From Candidatus Borrarchaeum weybense (GTDB lineage: Archaea > Asgardarchaeota > Sifarchaeia > Borrarchaeales > Borrarchaeaceae): 64,000 bases of DNA. The notes below the pieces were generated by a model. The model saw only the letters and a program-made list of their open reading frames with translations. It ran no database searches and had not been told where the DNA came from. Position numbers and translations under genes: made by a program. The stretch lies in NCBI GenBank assembly GCA_019057385.1, contig JAHQJS010000004.1, forward strand, positions 948,727 through 1,012,726, given 5' to 3'. Below, in pieces: positions 61,600 to 64,000 of this stretch (position 1 is its first letter; each line of letters starts with the position of its first letter).

Positions 61600-61783
61600 A
61601 CTTGAATTCACTCTTAGTCAAGGAATATCAAATAAGTACAAATTCAAAAGAATATCAAAAAAAGAACTGAGCAGAAAGGATACACGATCATGTAGGTATT
61701 ATATGACCAAGTTTTCCTTATATTAGACTTCTGCTGGCTACTAGTACCAAAAACAGAAGTACCAAACAAAAAAGGTTACTGGC

Positions 61784-63514
61784 ATGTCGAACTCGTCATT
61801 AAGATCATCTACTCCCTTCCGAAAACTCTCTGAACTTGGAGAACAAATTGAAGCTGCCACAAAACGTCTAAAAAAGATGTATTTGGCAGGTGAGTTCCTT
61901 GACAGCATACCTCTAGAAGAGGTAGAAGCTGCGTCATTACTACTAATCGGACAACCGTTTCCCCGCACTAGCCAGCGAACATTAGATCTCGATTGGTCTG
62001 CCCTTTCTCAGATCCTTCAAGAGTTACTTAACCCTCCTCCGAACACGATAAGCCAATTTTTCAGCGAAACTGGTGATATAGGTGAAGTAGTTCGCCGAAT
62101 TTACCAAAAATCTGGTGGAATCCGACAAACAACTCTATTCAGTATCCCGCTGACTATTCTAGATGTCTATCAAACCTTTTCAGAAATTGCTGATATTCAA
62201 GGATCTGGTTCTCGCAAAAGAAAAATGACTTTACTTCGTTCCCTCTTCACTAGAGTGACTCCACTCGAAGCAAAATACCTAACAAAGCTTCTTTTTCGTG
62301 ATCAACGAATTGGCTTTAGCGAGGGGATGTTAGAGAGTACCATTGCACGCAAATATAACGCGCCTTTGGAACTTGTTCAGCGAGCAAATATGCTTCGTGG
62401 GAATGTTGGCGAATTAGCACGTATTACTAGAGCAGAAGGTGTCGATGGTCTGCAAAAAGTGAAACTTCGTCCGTTTACGCCCCTTCTTCCTATGTTGGCT
62501 GCCCGAGCAACCGATATTGATGATGTTTTGCAGCAATATGATGATGAGTGGGCCTTCGAAATGAAACTCGATGGCGCCCGCGTACAAATCCATCTGCAAG
62601 AGAATAATGGGGCAACAGAAACTCGTATATACAGCCGTCGACTTACCGATGTTACCGCTAGTTTGCCAGATGTAGTTAATTTAGTCGAACAGGAAATAAG
62701 TGTATTTAGTTGTATTCTTGAAGGCGAAGTTATAGCTCTTGGACCTGATGGACGTCCATTACCATTTCAAAATCTTATGCGACGATTTCGACGGATTCGG
62801 GAAGTGGAAATGATGACTGAAAAAATACCCGTCACTCTTTTCCTTTTCGATTTGCTAATGTTAGACGGTGAGGTGCTAATTGACTCCTCATATGGAATTC
62901 GAAGAGAAAGCCTAAGTTCTATCTGTGGTTCGATTCCGCTCGTTTCCCAAATTGTCACTAGAAATACTGAAGAGGCAACACGGTTTTTCCAAAAAGCAAT
63001 ACAAGAGGGTCACGAAGGTCTTATCGCCAAACGTATTGATAGTCCCTATAAACCTGGTAGCCGGGGAAAACTGTGGTTAAAGATAAAACAAACAATGGAG
63101 ACTCTTGATTTAGTGATCATTGCTGCAGAATGGGGAACTGGTCGTCGTCATAAATGGTTATCAGATTATCACTTAGGTGCAAGAGATCCAGAAACCGGCG
63201 ATTTTCAGATGTTGGGTAAAACTTTTAAGGGGCTAACAGATGCAGAATTTGAGGAAATTACACAACGCTTATTAGAGCTTAAGATTGATCAACCCGGCAG
63301 AATTGTAGTTGTCCAACCACAAATTGTAGTTGAAGTTGAGTATGATGAAATTCAACGTTCACCCCGATATTCATCAGGAATGGCACTCCGATTTGCGCGT
63401 ATCAAACGTATTCGCTATGACAAGACTCCCAATGAAGCTGATACCATTCAAAGGGTTCGATCACTTTTTGATTCACAATTTAAGCGGAAATCACAGTCGG
63501 ATGAAGTGGGATGA
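61784..63514 (+). CDS. lig: ATP-dependent DNA ligase
   Basis: PMLA, EMKLDGARVQIH, EGE, FDLL, EGLIAK, WLKIK, LRFARI. Confidence 0.97.
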   Translation: MSNSSLRSSTPFRKLSELGEQIEAATKRLKKMYLAGEFLDSIPLEEVEAASLLLIGQPFPRTSQRTLDLDWSALSQILQELLNPPPNTISQFFSETGDIGEVVRRIYQKSGGIRQTTLFSIPLTILDVYQTFSEIADIQGSGSRKRKMTLLRSLFTRVTPLEAKYLTKLLFRDQRIGFSEGMLESTIARKYNAPLELVQRANMLRGNVGELARITRAEGVDGLQKVKLRPFTPLLPMLAARATDIDDVLQQYDDEWAFEMKLDGARVQIHLQENNGATETRIYSRRLTDVTASLPDVVNLVEQEISVFSCILEGEVIALGPDGRPLPFQNLMRRFRRIREVEMMTEKIPVTLFLFDLLMLDGEVLIDSSYGIRRESLSSICGSIPLVSQIVTRNTEEATRFFQKAIQEGHEGLIAKRIDSPYKPGSRGKLWLKIKQTMETLDLVIIAAEWGTGRRHKWLSDYHLGARDPETGDFQMLGKTFKGLTDAEFEEITQRLLELKIDQPGRIVVVQPQIVVEVEYDEIQRSPRYSSGMALRFARIKRIRYDKTPNEADTIQRVRSLFDSQFKRKSQSDEVG

Positions 63515-63560
63515 ACAAGTTTTTCTGAGTAGTTATTATTTGCGAGTTTAGGTGTTAAAA

Positions 63561-64000
63561 TTGAATCAAGAGTCTGAAGATTATCTTCAATTATCGAAGA
63601 AGCAAATGAAAAAACTTGGTTATCAAACCATAGACATGATTGTCAAGCATTTTGAGGAGCTTAGAAATAAACCAGTTACACGAAAGGCATCTCGTTTAGA
63701 CATGGAACAAACATTTCGGGAGCCAATCCCTGATCATGGCACGAATCCAGAGCATATTCTCGATATTATTGAAAAGGAAATTTTTACAAATATTATGTAT
63801 ACAGATCATCCCCGTTTCTTTGCATTTGTGCCAACGGCAAATAATTTTATAAGCGTTCTAGCTGATGCTCTAGTTGCTGGGTTTAATCCTTTTGCTGGTA
63901 CATGGCTAGAAAGCTCTTCAGCGGCTCAAATTGAATTAGTGACAGTTGATTGGTTAAGAAGAATTTTTGGAATGCCAGAAGAAGCGGGAGGATTATTTTT
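63561..64000 (+). CDS. Group II PLP-dependent decarboxylase, 3'-partial
   Basis: MKKLGYQTIDMIV...DHPRFFAFVP...IELVTVDWL; runs off the window. Confidence 0.85.
   Translation, partial: MNQESEDYLQLSKKQMKKLGYQTIDMIVKHFEELRNKPVTRKASRLDMEQTFREPIPDHGTNPEHILDIIEKEIFTNIMYTDHPRFFAFVPTANNFISVLADALVAGFNPFAGTWLESSSAAQIELVTVDWLRRIFGMPEEAGGLF

Overview
AT-rich archaeal chromosomal segment, almost certainly from an Asgard archaeon: it has tandem two-domain gelsolins, a stand-alone PARP-type zinc finger, a triple C2H2 finger protein, a SIRT6-like sirtuin, archaeal type II GAPDH, PGK and an ATP-dependent ligase. Positions ~1-10.8 kb are an accessory/defence island (frameshifted QW-repeat/PLD fusion, SAP-repeat nuclease plus JAB pair bracketed by direct repeats, HEPN genes, two PAS histidine kinases, PD-(D/E)xK nuclease). 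Positions ~11-51 kb are mostly housekeeping/metabolic genes, with one TnpB-only IS200/IS605 element and a 47-bp mini-derivative. Positions ~51-60 kb are a second island: an atypical TnpB-related gene, a broken restriction-modification paralog, an intact R-M-S fusion and an orphan MNT. The top finding (53.3-55.8 kb) is an array-less Cas7-like gene plus a Cas5-like/HD-nuclease fusion, each followed by a copy of the same covarying structured RNA scaffold. Each scaffold ends in a variable segment with C at every sixth position. The second segment matches the GQFFTPRNVV-coding motif of the methyltransferase gene family the module interrupts, suggesting a CRISPR-free RNA-guided RAMP system. No CRISPR array, rRNA or tRNA was seen. 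All family calls come from motif recognition by eye, with no database search.
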